From a virus (Duplodnaviria; Caudoviricetes): DNA of 44,385 nt. The stretch spans positions 1 to 44,385 of the IMG/VR virus record IMGVR_UViG_3300036975_000082, one strand, 5' to 3'. Shown piece by piece: positions 30,940-38,119 of this stretch (the stretch's first letter is position 1; every line of letters begins with the position of its first letter). The position numbers were made by a program, and so were the translations under genes. Under the pieces are notes generated by a model, which was not told the origin of the DNA, ran no database searches, and saw nothing but the letters and a program-made list of their open reading frames with translations.

Positions 30940-31284
30940 ATGTTGAGGTTTATCTGTGGTTGTATTGTAGGCGTTATTCTTGGCACATGTATTTACGCAT
31001 TAGCCGTGAGTACATCGAAAGGGTACACGGTTTTCAAAAGTGTGCCCATAACTAATCCTGTCGCCGTCGATATATTCGCCAGGGGCGTTACGGCTGCATG
31101 TAGCGACATAGACACTGAGGCTAAAGCAACGCCAGGAACATGCGCGGTGCACATGGCTATCCCGACAGCGGGATCATGTATCAGCATATGCGCGATCGAC
31201 AACGATGGCGATGGGGTGTCAGATGTGGCTCATGCAATGGCGACGTTTATGATGCCGGGCGATTTCGAAGTGAGCCCGCCTTAG
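30940..31284 (+). CDS. Small Cys-rich protein with a signal peptide
   Basis: GGAGG SD; MLRFICGCIVGVILGTCIYALA/VS; DNDGDG acidic loop. Confidence 0.65.
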   Translation: MLRFICGCIVGVILGTCIYALAVSTSKGYTVFKSVPITNPVAVDIFARGVTAACSDIDTEAKATPGTCAVHMAIPTAGSCISICAIDNDGDGVSDVAHAMATFMMPGDFEVSPP

Positions 31285-31299
31285 AGCAGGAGTAGTCAT

Positions 31300-31554
31300 A
31301 TGGCAGCACGCAGAACTAAATGGTACGTGACCTCGATAGGGATCGGTGTGTCGCTTCTCGGAGGAGCGATCGCCGGTTTTACCCTTTGCGATCGAGTCAA
31401 CGCTGCGGATCCGTGGTCGGCACGGAAGGAGATCGACGAACTAGACGCGCGGGTGACCGCCATCGAGAACAGCCAGGAGGATATTAAGAGCATGCTCCGT
31501 GCTGTGATCGAAGCGACAGGAGCCAAATACGAGCCACCATCCGACAAAGAGTGA
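31300..31554 (+). CDS. Single-TM coiled-coil protein (holin/XhlA-like accessory)
   Basis: One TM helix followed by a coiled coil, just before the endolysin gene. Confidence 0.55.
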   Translation: MAARRTKWYVTSIGIGVSLLGGAIAGFTLCDRVNAADPWSARKEIDELDARVTAIENSQEDIKSMLRAVIEATGAKYEPPSDKE

Positions 31555-31586
31555 CACAGATGTTTGTCTTGTGGTAGCATCGATCC

Positions 31587-32189
31587 ATGATCAAGGTGTG
31601 GCATGATCCTGGACATGGCGGCAGCAACAAGGGGCTCGAGCACGAGGGCTTTGTGGAACGGCACTGGAACCTCGAGTTTGCACAGCTTCTGACAGACGAG
31701 CTAGTCGGTGATTTCCCCGAGCAGCAGATCGCCAGGCATTCCGACATCGGATTGGGTTATGGTACAAGAGCGCACAAGGCCAGGCAATGGGGTGCCGACG
31801 TAGCGCTGCTGCACCATGTCAACGGCGCATTTTGGCCGGCAGATGGCCTTCATGAGGGCGGACCTCGCCTGCAAATGCAAGGGACCATTTGCTTCACGAT
31901 GCGATCCAACTCGGCCCGGCTGTGGAGCATGGCACGCGTGCTGCTCTACCACTTACCCAGGGATCTGAGGCGCATCAGAAACGATCTGATCATCGCCGAA
32001 TCCGACAATTGGACACGGGATGCGCATGGCCATCTGCGCCATTATGCCGATTTGAATATTCCGGCAATACTGATTGAATGGGGCTTTGCCACGAACCTGA
32101 ATGATCGCGAAGCCCTGCAGGACACCCAGACAAGGCTGCAGATGATCCGGGCTGTTGCCGCGGCCCTGCACCGCTTCGAGGAGGCATGA
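31587..32189 (+). CDS. Endolysin, N-acetylmuramoyl-L-alanine amidase (Amidase_3)
   Basis: DPGHGG, E..WN, H.N and PAILIEWGF.TN..D. Confidence 0.92.
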   Translation: MIKVWHDPGHGGSNKGLEHEGFVERHWNLEFAQLLTDELVGDFPEQQIARHSDIGLGYGTRAHKARQWGADVALLHHVNGAFWPADGLHEGGPRLQMQGTICFTMRSNSARLWSMARVLLYHLPRDLRRIRNDLIIAESDNWTRDAHGHLRHYADLNIPAILIEWGFATNLNDREALQDTQTRLQMIRAVAAALHRFEEA

Positions 32190-32190
32190 C

Positions 32191-32424
32191 ATGCAACCCT
32201 TACCACATGACGGCTGGAGAAGCCGGACCTACCTGACCACGCTCGGCCTGCTGTTCCTTGTGCTCCTGGTGGCCACCTTATGTCTATTCTGGCCCGGCGA
32301 TGCGCCCAAATGCACCTTTGTCGAATGGATGGACTTCGTCCGGGGCCCGGTGGTGTGGATTCTCGGGCTCGGCCTGGGCAAGGCCGGCTGGGACAAGCAC
32401 GAGCAGCGCAAGGCCGGACAGTGA
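32191..32424 (+). CDS. Putative holin
   Basis: GGAGG SD; W.SR..L followed by two TM segments and a charged C-terminus; follows the endolysin. Confidence 0.7.
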   Translation: MQPLPHDGWRSRTYLTTLGLLFLVLLVATLCLFWPGDAPKCTFVEWMDFVRGPVVWILGLGLGKAGWDKHEQRKAGQ

Positions 32425-32714
32425 TCAGGGCGCTCAAATGGATTGGCGGACTGCTCGGCCTCCTGCTCGGCGCCGCAGGCACGGTGCTGTGGTTGAGGCG
32501 CAAGCCTGCAGTGTCGGCGACAAGCGCAAAAAGAGCGGCCGAGGACGCCTCCAGGAAAGCCAGAAAGGCCCGGGAGGATGCGCAGAATATAGCGAGCCTG
32601 AAGACGCGTCAGGATCGCATGGAGACACGGGAGAGGATCGATGCTGAACATCCTGATCTCGGTGATGTGTTTGATCGGCTCGACGGCAGAGATTGGACCA
32701 CACGTCGAGACTGA
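32421..32714 (+). CDS. i-spanin-like protein
   Basis: GTGA-coupled start; N-terminal TM, then RRK and a coiled coil. Confidence 0.6.
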   Translation: MIRALKWIGGLLGLLLGAAGTVLWLRRKPAVSATSAKRAAEDASRKARKAREDAQNIASLKTRQDRMETRERIDAEHPDLGDVFDRLDGRDWTTRRD

Positions 32715-33114
32715 TATCTGGACAGCCCCACAATTCCCCGAATGGCCGTCTGGCCTTGGCACCTGGTACGGCACTCCAATCGACGCCAAATGCATGGCTC
32801 GGGATACGATGCAAATGCTCGGCGAAGGCAAGTGGCTACCCCAAGACAGGGCCGATGCCACAGCCCAGCTGATCGTCAATTGTATGGAGATGCCTGGCCT
32901 GATGCAAAAGCAGTTGGACAGGATCCGCCTTGAGCTTGTTCCGGATCTCATCAACGCGGCCGTCGACGAGACCGTGGCTTGGGATCGCACCCAAAGGATT
33001 GTCGAGCAGGAAGACGGTTGGTTTCTGTCAGGCCTTGCCTTGACAGTCGCGATCGTCATGGGAGTGATCGGATTCGCTGGCGGACTCGCCATCGGTGTCG
33101 CTGCGGCGCATTGA
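32641..33114 (+). CDS. Spanin-like partner (N-terminal signal plus C-terminal TM)
   Basis: Overlaps the 3' end of the i-spanin-like gene; hydrophobic at both termini; no canonical lipobox. Confidence 0.5.
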   Translation: MLNILISVMCLIGSTAEIGPHVETDIWTAPQFPEWPSGLGTWYGTPIDAKCMARDTMQMLGEGKWLPQDRADATAQLIVNCMEMPGLMQKQLDRIRLELVPDLINAAVDETVAWDRTQRIVEQEDGWFLSGLALTVAIVMGVIGFAGGLAIGVAAAH

Positions 33115-33237
33115 CTGCCGCCACTCAAGCCAGCTGCATAACAGTCGCCATCTCCAGGCCAGCCCCAGACCTAGCACCACACCCATGACGGCGCCGAGCA
33201 CGGTGCATGCGACACACAGCGGCAGCAGCTCAGCCAT
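33028..33237 (-). CDS. Small membrane protein
   Basis: ATGGCTGA overlap with the upstream gene; one TM; converges on and overlaps the end of the lysis cassette. Confidence 0.4.
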   Translation of the reverse strand: MAELLPLCVACTVLGAVMGVVLGLGLAWRWRLLCSWLEWRQSMRRSDTDGESASESDHSHDDRDCQGKA

Positions 33238-33493
33238 CGGACATGCCCTCCTTGACGGATCCAGGCTCGTATATCTCCCGCCACCAGCCGGCATCCAATA
33301 GGTACCTGCGAACGGCCGCCGCTAGGCCCGACATGCAGCCGTATTGGATGCCCTTGCGTCGCAGGCCTCGCCATATCTTGGAGGCCCTATCGGGATCCAT
33401 CTGGATGCGGGCCCACCTGAGGGCCACGTCTCTTGGCACGTCGGACAACTCCAAACACAGCCACCACCGGCTTTGATCCTTATTGAAGATCAT
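33230..33493 (-). CDS. Hypothetical protein
   Basis: TAATG coupling to the upstream gene. Confidence 0.6.
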   Translation of the reverse strand: MIFNKDQSRWWLCLELSDVPRDVALRWARIQMDPDRASKIWRGLRRKGIQYGCMSGLAAAVRRYLLDAGWWREIYEPGSVKEGMSDG

Positions 33494-34365
33494 TAGCGCT
33501 GCACCATGGTGTCATCCGGCCATATGGTCACGCCAGGGATTGGCATCGAAGTGCCGTACCTTTGGGCATGCGCACGTATCTTGACAGGATCGGGACTACA
33601 GAATTCACGCGGCACCAGATCAGGTGAGTTGATTTGAAAAGAATAATGTTCGATCTGATGCATCCCTTTAGGCAGGTGCGTTTCGACAGCGGATGCTACT
33701 TGCACCATAGCCTGCACCGTCCGCATGTCCCCTGCTTGATGTGCCCCTTGGACGGATTGCAGCGCCAGGCGGCGCTCCTTCTCCAATTTCCCCCTGCCGT
33801 CCCTAATGCGCGCCTTGATGATGCGCTCAGCTTCGCTGTAGAAGTCGATGGCCGGATTGAACCAACCGCTTACACGTTCGAGCTGCTTGTTGAATGGGCG
33901 GCGGGCTTCTGTTTTTTCGTCCTTGTACCATTTGAGTTTGGTTTTGATGTACCGCAGGATGCCGTCCGCCGAGTCGATGTCCTTTTGGTCGCGTATGGGG
34001 AGGGCCCGGAGCATGGCAAGAGTCTCCTCTTTCGTGCGCAGATCCTCCTCCGCCTTGTCGCGCACAACCCTGTCGGCCAGCACGGCAAGCATGGCCCGCA
34101 CGCCCTCGTCTGCCTGAGCCTGGGCTTGCTCCTGCACAGCCTCGGCCTGTCCCAATGCTTCCGGAACGGAGGGCTGCTGTGCAGGCCCATGGCAGACTGC
34201 CTGCACAGCATTGAGGTGCACAGCGCACAGCGGCAGCAGTTCCGCCTCCTGCAATCTGTCTGGGTAGGCCTGCCGTGCGTCGATTGCCGCAACAGCCTGC
34301 GCTTTGCACCGCATGGCGGCGCAGGTGTCGGCCTTGATTGTCTTTTTGAGGTTCGGTAGCTTCAT
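33493..34365 (-). CDS. Coiled-coil phage protein with a Gp157-like C-terminus and N-terminal Cys/His knuckle
   Basis: CAAMRC...LCAVH; long heptad region; VPREFC.PD..KI......IPGV. Confidence 0.65.
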   Translation of the reverse strand: MKLPNLKKTIKADTCAAMRCKAQAVAAIDARQAYPDRLQEAELLPLCAVHLNAVQAVCHGPAQQPSVPEALGQAEAVQEQAQAQADEGVRAMLAVLADRVVRDKAEEDLRTKEETLAMLRALPIRDQKDIDSADGILRYIKTKLKWYKDEKTEARRPFNKQLERVSGWFNPAIDFYSEAERIIKARIRDGRGKLEKERRLALQSVQGAHQAGDMRTVQAMVQVASAVETHLPKGMHQIEHYSFQINSPDLVPREFCSPDPVKIRAHAQRYGTSMPIPGVTIWPDDTMVQR

Positions 34366-34574
34366 TCGGAAATCCCCTTGATAAGTTTTGCGTTGGCAAG
34401 TATGAAGGTAGCTTGATCCAATATATCTTGCATGGGCCTGGACAGGTCAGCTCCGTCCAAGCCGTGCTTCATCAAAAACAGGGCGACATGCAAATGCGCC
34501 ACCAGCGCAACCATCGCATCCATGTCGTCCATGTGCCAGTACCATTCGCCATCGTCGGTCATCTTGAATATCAT
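34362..34574 (-). CDS. Hypothetical protein
   Basis: AGGT SD, ATG at 34574; ATGA overlap with the downstream gene. Confidence 0.55.
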   Translation of the reverse strand: MIFKMTDDGEWYWHMDDMDAMVALVAHLHVALFLMKHGLDGADLSRPMQDILDQATFILANAKLIKGISE

Positions 34575-34584
34575 TGTGCACCTG

Positions 34585-35103
34585 TTAGCATTCGCGATCC
34601 GGCGACGGCTTGTAGCTGTCGCAATGCCGCCGGCGCATTTCGTCATTGATCTCTTTGACCATGCCTCCGCTACCACATTCGCCAAACATCCAAACCGGAT
34701 GCGGATCCAACCCTATGTTTGGACATGTCCTACCAAGTACATATCGATCATACCGGTGCATGAGCTCGTGCACCAGACTGGTGTCAAATACGCATACCGT
34801 TCCGGGCGGCAGGTACACGCGTATATCCTCGTCAGTGGTGCACAAAGATGCCATGCCTCCGAGCTGTTCGCCATCGTCCTTTTCCACCGGCTTGTCTGTA
34901 AACCAAATCGCAAACCGATGCATGTCACTACCACCAAGGACCCTGACGATAGCATCACGTACGGCGGTCTCGTCCACAGGCTCACCGAGTATTTGTACGC
35001 GTTTGGCCTGCTCTTTGGACCAGTCGGTCCAATCGCCGCAACCGGACAATAGCATCACAGCAAGGACCAAGGCACAAACGACAAATACGATCGTCTTGAT
35101 CAT
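34585..35103 (-). CDS. Lipoprotein with an HExxH (zincin-like) motif
   Basis: Signal peptide ending in lipobox LSG/C; VHELMH. Confidence 0.72.
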   Translation of the reverse strand: MIKTIVFVVCALVLAVMLLSGCGDWTDWSKEQAKRVQILGEPVDETAVRDAIVRVLGGSDMHRFAIWFTDKPVEKDDGEQLGGMASLCTTDEDIRVYLPPGTVCVFDTSLVHELMHRYDRYVLGRTCPNIGLDPHPVWMFGECGSGGMVKEINDEMRRRHCDSYKPSPDREC

Positions 35104-35105
35104 GG

Positions 35106-35600
35106 CTATCCCCAAGGTGTCCCGTCAGGATGAGTCATCGGAGCACTTGCGCCTGTTTTAACACCCTTATCTTCGTTGTTGCTCCATTGCTTTATCATGT
35201 TGCCGAATGTGTCGACGACAAACGCCACGTTGTCGGCCGGCTTGCGTTGATCGCTTTTACAATGGCTGCAGATCATGCTCCGGCCGAAATGCACCCAGCC
35301 GCACGCTTTGCACACCCATTGTTTGCCGAACTGCGGATTGGCTTCACGCTTCGCGATGCTCCTGCCGTTCATGCACTTCTTGCATTCGCCATGGAAACCG
35401 TTGCGGTTGCGCGGTTGCTTGTAGAAGTGGTTGGTGTCCAATGGGAAAGTCTCGCCGCAACTGTTGCACATGCGCATGCCTTTTTGGCACAGAATACACT
35501 CGCTGCTGTAGTGGCCGTCTATGCGATCAAAGTGGTCCGTGTTTAATGGTTTCCTTTTCCCGCACCTGCCGCACAGGCGCCTGCCATCCCATGCCGGCAT
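35106..35600 (-). CDS. Multi-zinc-finger protein
   Basis: Six CxxC pairs: two C..C..K/T.PL...HF...C..C repeats and a RanBP2-like W.C..CG.......C..C. Confidence 0.75.
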   Translation of the reverse strand: MPAWDGRRLCGRCGKRKPLNTDHFDRIDGHYSSECILCQKGMRMCNSCGETFPLDTNHFYKQPRNRNGFHGECKKCMNGRSIAKREANPQFGKQWVCKACGWVHFGRSMICSHCKSDQRKPADNVAFVVDTFGNMIKQWSNNEDKGVKTGASAPMTHPDGTPWG

Positions 35601-35740
35601 CACAACGCTCCGCAAAACGACAGCGATAGTACCAGACCCGCCAGCAGCAGTCCCAACAGCGTCTTATACAGGTGCCTTTCGGTCCACGCCGAATGCACGA
35701 ATATTTCGATCTGTCTCTTAGTTCGTCCAAGCAGTCTCAT
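35600..35740 (-). CDS. Small protein with a C-terminal TM helix (46 aa; not in ORF track)
   Basis: ATGA overlap upstream and TGATG overlap downstream; MRLLGRTKRQ...LLGLLLAGLVLSLSFCGAL. Confidence 0.6.
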   Translation of the reverse strand: MRLLGRTKRQIEIFVHSAWTERHLYKTLLGLLLAGLVLSLSFCGAL

Positions 35741-35955
35741 TGCGATGCTCTTTTCTTTCGGTTTCTTTTCAGGCGCTCGAGCAGCATGGCGCCACGGGCG
35801 GCCGATCGGAGCGTGCTGCGGTATGCTTCCTCTGCATCGGACGTGTCGCCGGCGCCGAGCTCCGTGCGCATGACTTCGACCTGCTCTCGCATGCGTCGCA
35901 GGCCGAGCACGTCATCCCTTTGACCCTCGCCTTGAGGCCTGCCCCTGTATCTCAT
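35737..35955 (-). CDS. Hypothetical basic protein (72 aa)
   Basis: ATGA coupling at both ends. Confidence 0.6.
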   Translation of the reverse strand: MRYRGRPQGEGQRDDVLGLRRMREQVEVMRTELGAGDTSDAEEAYRSTLRSAARGAMLLERLKRNRKKRASQ

Positions 35956-36161
35956 GACAGCTCGGGCTCCATGACGATGGTACCATCGTCCATGATGCCG
36001 ACCGACAGGGTGGTGCCGCACGGGCAGTTGCGCAGCTCTAGCTCGGCCGGCTCGCCGGGCTCCCTCATCTCCACCGGCATGCGACCGATCAGCGGCAGCT
36101 CCTGCCACTCTTGCAGGCTGTAACCAGTGCCGCAGCATGTGCATTGCTTGGTTTGTGTCAC
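35952..36161 (-). CDS. Small zinc-ribbon protein
   Basis: GGAG SD and GTG at 36161; KQCTCCG...EW..L..IG...LELRNCPCGTTL. Confidence 0.7.
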   Translation of the reverse strand: MTQTKQCTCCGTGYSLQEWQELPLIGRMPVEMREPGEPAELELRNCPCGTTLSVGIMDDGTIVMEPELS

Positions 36162-36181
36162 CGTCGTCTCCTGCGATAGCG

Positions 36182-36221
36182 CTGCCATACCCTCCGGCCC
36201 GGCGGCGGGAGGGCATGGCAG
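36182..36221 (-). other. Intergenic 14-bp stem-loop
   Basis: CUGCCAUGCCCUCC pairs with GGAGGGUAUGGCAG (one G-U pair); no U-tract. Confidence 0.7.
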
Positions 36222-36226
36222 ACGGG

Positions 36227-36493
36227 CTATTGCTCATAGAGGTACGGATTGACATCTCGACCGTCGTAGGCGTACCCACTAATGATGTACACACAACGCG
36301 AATCGCTCCAATACAGTTTGGCGCCGGTCTTGAGTATGGCAATCGGACCATCTGTCGGTTCGAGGTCAACATCCTCTGAGCCATGATAATGCTTGACTGC
36401 CTCGACCACGAGGTCACCAAGATTGGGCACCTGCAACTCCGACAACAACTTACCCCAGCAGGTGTTGTGCGTGTTGAGCTCTACCGTCTTCAT
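36227..36493 (-). CDS. Hypothetical protein (88 aa)
   Basis: GAGGAG SD immediately downstream of the hammerhead. Confidence 0.72.
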   Translation of the reverse strand: MKTVELNTHNTCWGKLLSELQVPNLGDLVVEAVKHYHGSEDVDLEPTDGPIAILKTGAKLYWSDSRCVYIISGYAYDGRDVNPYLYEQ

Positions 36494-36509
36494 CGTCTTC
36501 TCCTCTAAG

Positions 36510-36573
36510 GGGCTGACTCGTCAGTGCAGGGTGCCCAGCTCCCGCAGACCGCGCAGTTGCGCGGTTTCGTCGG
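36510..36573 (-). ncRNA. Type II hammerhead ribozyme
   Basis: GAC-GAAA-CCGCGC(AACU)GCGCGG-UC^-UGCGGG(AGCUGGGCAC)CCUGCA-CUGACGA-GUC: all core nucleotides and three stems present, entirely intergenic. Confidence 0.9.
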
Positions 36574-36575
36574 TG

Positions 36576-36956
36576 CTACTCGGCGCAATCGCGATCTGGC
36601 CCGACATCCGACTCGCCCCGCACCCATGCTTGACACGCGATCGTCGCTTCTTGCACCGTCGCGTACATTCTGTGGTAGTCATCGTCATGCCAGGCCCACC
36701 ACTGCTCCTCGAGAGCCGTCTGGGCCTGCGCGTCGGCGATGGCTTGGGCGCAGAGTTCACGCGCCCTCACGTCGGCATCCACATGCTCGGGTACGACGCC
36801 TAGGGTCTCGAGCTCGGCGCGGTGCTCGCCCACCTCGGCTATGTAGGTCAGGCCGCTGGCGAGGGCTACGTCGCACAATGCCACTTGCAGGGTGTCGCCT
36901 GCCTGGGCGGCTTCGGATCGCAGGGTCTCGATCTGCTCGTCGGTAATCTCTCTCAT
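36576..36956 (-). CDS. Hypothetical early protein (alternative leaderless start at 36989)
   Basis: AGGAG SD; MREITDEQIETLRSEAAQAGD... Confidence 0.72.
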   Translation of the reverse strand: MREITDEQIETLRSEAAQAGDTLQVALCDVALASGLTYIAEVGEHRAELETLGVVPEHVDADVRARELCAQAIADAQAQTALEEQWWAWHDDDYHRMYATVQEATIACQAWVRGESDVGPDRDCAE

Positions 36957-36995
36957 CGTCTTCATCTCCTGTGTTTGTGTCGTCGTCATGATCCT

Positions 36996-37024
36996 AGTAT
37001 CGGCGATTTTGTCGCAGATATCAA
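36996..37024 (-). promoter_or_regulatory. Sigma70-like promoter
   Basis: TTGATA-17 nt (TCTGCGACAAAATCGCC)-GATACT; the spacer holds an imperfect palindrome. Confidence 0.65.
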
Positions 37025-37044
37025 GAGGAATCGACACGAAAAGA

Positions 37045-37299
37045 TCAACTTTTTTCATCAACGAAATCAAGCACTTCAGTCAGCACTAGCTGATACTGCA
37101 GGCTGCCAGATCCGTGTCGGCTCCCGCGGACCACGAGCTCCTGGCCGGCCCGCCTGCCGGCGACATCTACCCGGCCCAGCCATCGGTACATCGTGGCCCT
37201 GTCCACGCCGAGCCGGCCCTGCAGTGCCGCGAATGTGCGCGGACGCTGCAGCAGCGCCACCAGCCGGGCAAGCGTGTCGAGATCGAATGAGCGCGGCAT
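37045..37299 (-). CDS. Winged HTH protein (HTH_11-like)
   Basis: L..LLQRPRT...L..RLGVDRATMYRWL; GGAGG SD. Confidence 0.78.
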   Translation of the reverse strand: MPRSFDLDTLARLVALLQRPRTFAALQGRLGVDRATMYRWLGRVDVAGRRAGQELVVRGSRHGSGSLQYQLVLTEVLDFVDEKS

Positions 37300-37316
37300 A
37301 CACACCTCCTGCACAC

Positions 37317-37345
37317 ACTGTACGGCAATTTTTGCCGGATGCCAA
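37317..37345 (-). promoter_or_regulatory. Sigma70-like promoter with a palindromic operator in the spacer
   Basis: TTGGCA-17 nt (TCCGGCAAAAATTGCCG)-TACAGT. Confidence 0.7.
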
Positions 37346-37355
37346 GGTTTTGTTG

Positions 37356-37580
37356 TCAGACCGACGGCGGATCCGCGGGCACATCTAGGATCTCGACGGT
37401 GACGCCGTCCGGCCCGGGCCGGGCCACCACGTCGTAACCATGCCGGCGCAACATGTCCAAGCGCCGATAGGCCGTGCGCTGGCTGATGCCACAGCTGGAC
37501 ATGATGTCCTCGATGGTCCGCGGCCCGTCGGCCAGCAGCCCGGCTACCGCTAACATGCCTGGAATGTTGGGAGGAGGCAT
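37356..37580 (-). CDS. Winged HTH protein (HTH_11-like)
   Basis: LL.DGPRTIEDI...CGISQRTAYRRLDML...GY.V. Confidence 0.78.
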   Translation of the reverse strand: MPPPNIPGMLAVAGLLADGPRTIEDIMSSCGISQRTAYRRLDMLRRHGYDVVARPGPDGVTVEILDVPADPPSV

Positions 37581-37594
37581 CGGCGGATCCTACC

Positions 37595-38119
37595 CTACGG
37601 CCGCGTGTCCGTCAACAATTGCCGCACACGCCACAGGCCCAGGCCAACCGCATCCGCGACATTGTGCGCCTTCCCGAGGGGCACGGCCCTTGGCAAATAC
37701 CCCTTGCCAAAGGCCTCCACATTGCGCCGGTGCACGATATAGCCTTCAATGTCCGACGCCTTGTCCGGCTTCGGGATGCTACCCTTCCAGTCGTGCGGCA
37801 GCACGAACTCGCCATATCCGCGCACGCCGCACAGCACACCGCATAGCACGAGCAGACGAGCAATGTCGGACTGCCTACCCTTCTGCCGGCTGGCGCGGTA
37901 AATCTGCGGGGTCTCCACCACAAATCGCTCACAAGGTGTTCTTCCGAGTATAATCGCCATGTCCATAAAATACGGAATGTCTGTCTTATATTGGATACCC
38001 CTGTCCTGCACCAGGCCGCATCCGGCAAGCCGAAAGAAGTGTACCCCGCCATCCAGACCGTGCTCGAGCAGTGCCCATCCGCACGCACGCACCCCGGGAT
38101 CCACAGCCAACAGCCTCAT
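37595..38119 (-). CDS. RuvC-like Holliday junction resolvase
   Basis: LAVDPG....GWA, VVE.PQ, P..WKG and HN..DAVGLG. Confidence 0.82.
   Translation of the reverse strand: MRLLAVDPGVRACGWALLEHGLDGGVHFFRLAGCGLVQDRGIQYKTDIPYFMDMAIILGRTPCERFVVETPQIYRASRQKGRQSDIARLLVLCGVLCGVRGYGEFVLPHDWKGSIPKPDKASDIEGYIVHRRNVEAFGKGYLPRAVPLGKAHNVADAVGLGLWRVRQLLTDTRP

Noticed and set aside
35527-35730. 67-aa Cys-rich minus-strand ORF in the track
   Set aside because: TTG start without SD; the alternative 46-aa frame has exact coupling overlaps at both ends.
36176-36230. HDV-like (theta) ribozyme fold
   Set aside because: No catalytic C in a J4/2 position, and a simple hairpin explains the pairing.
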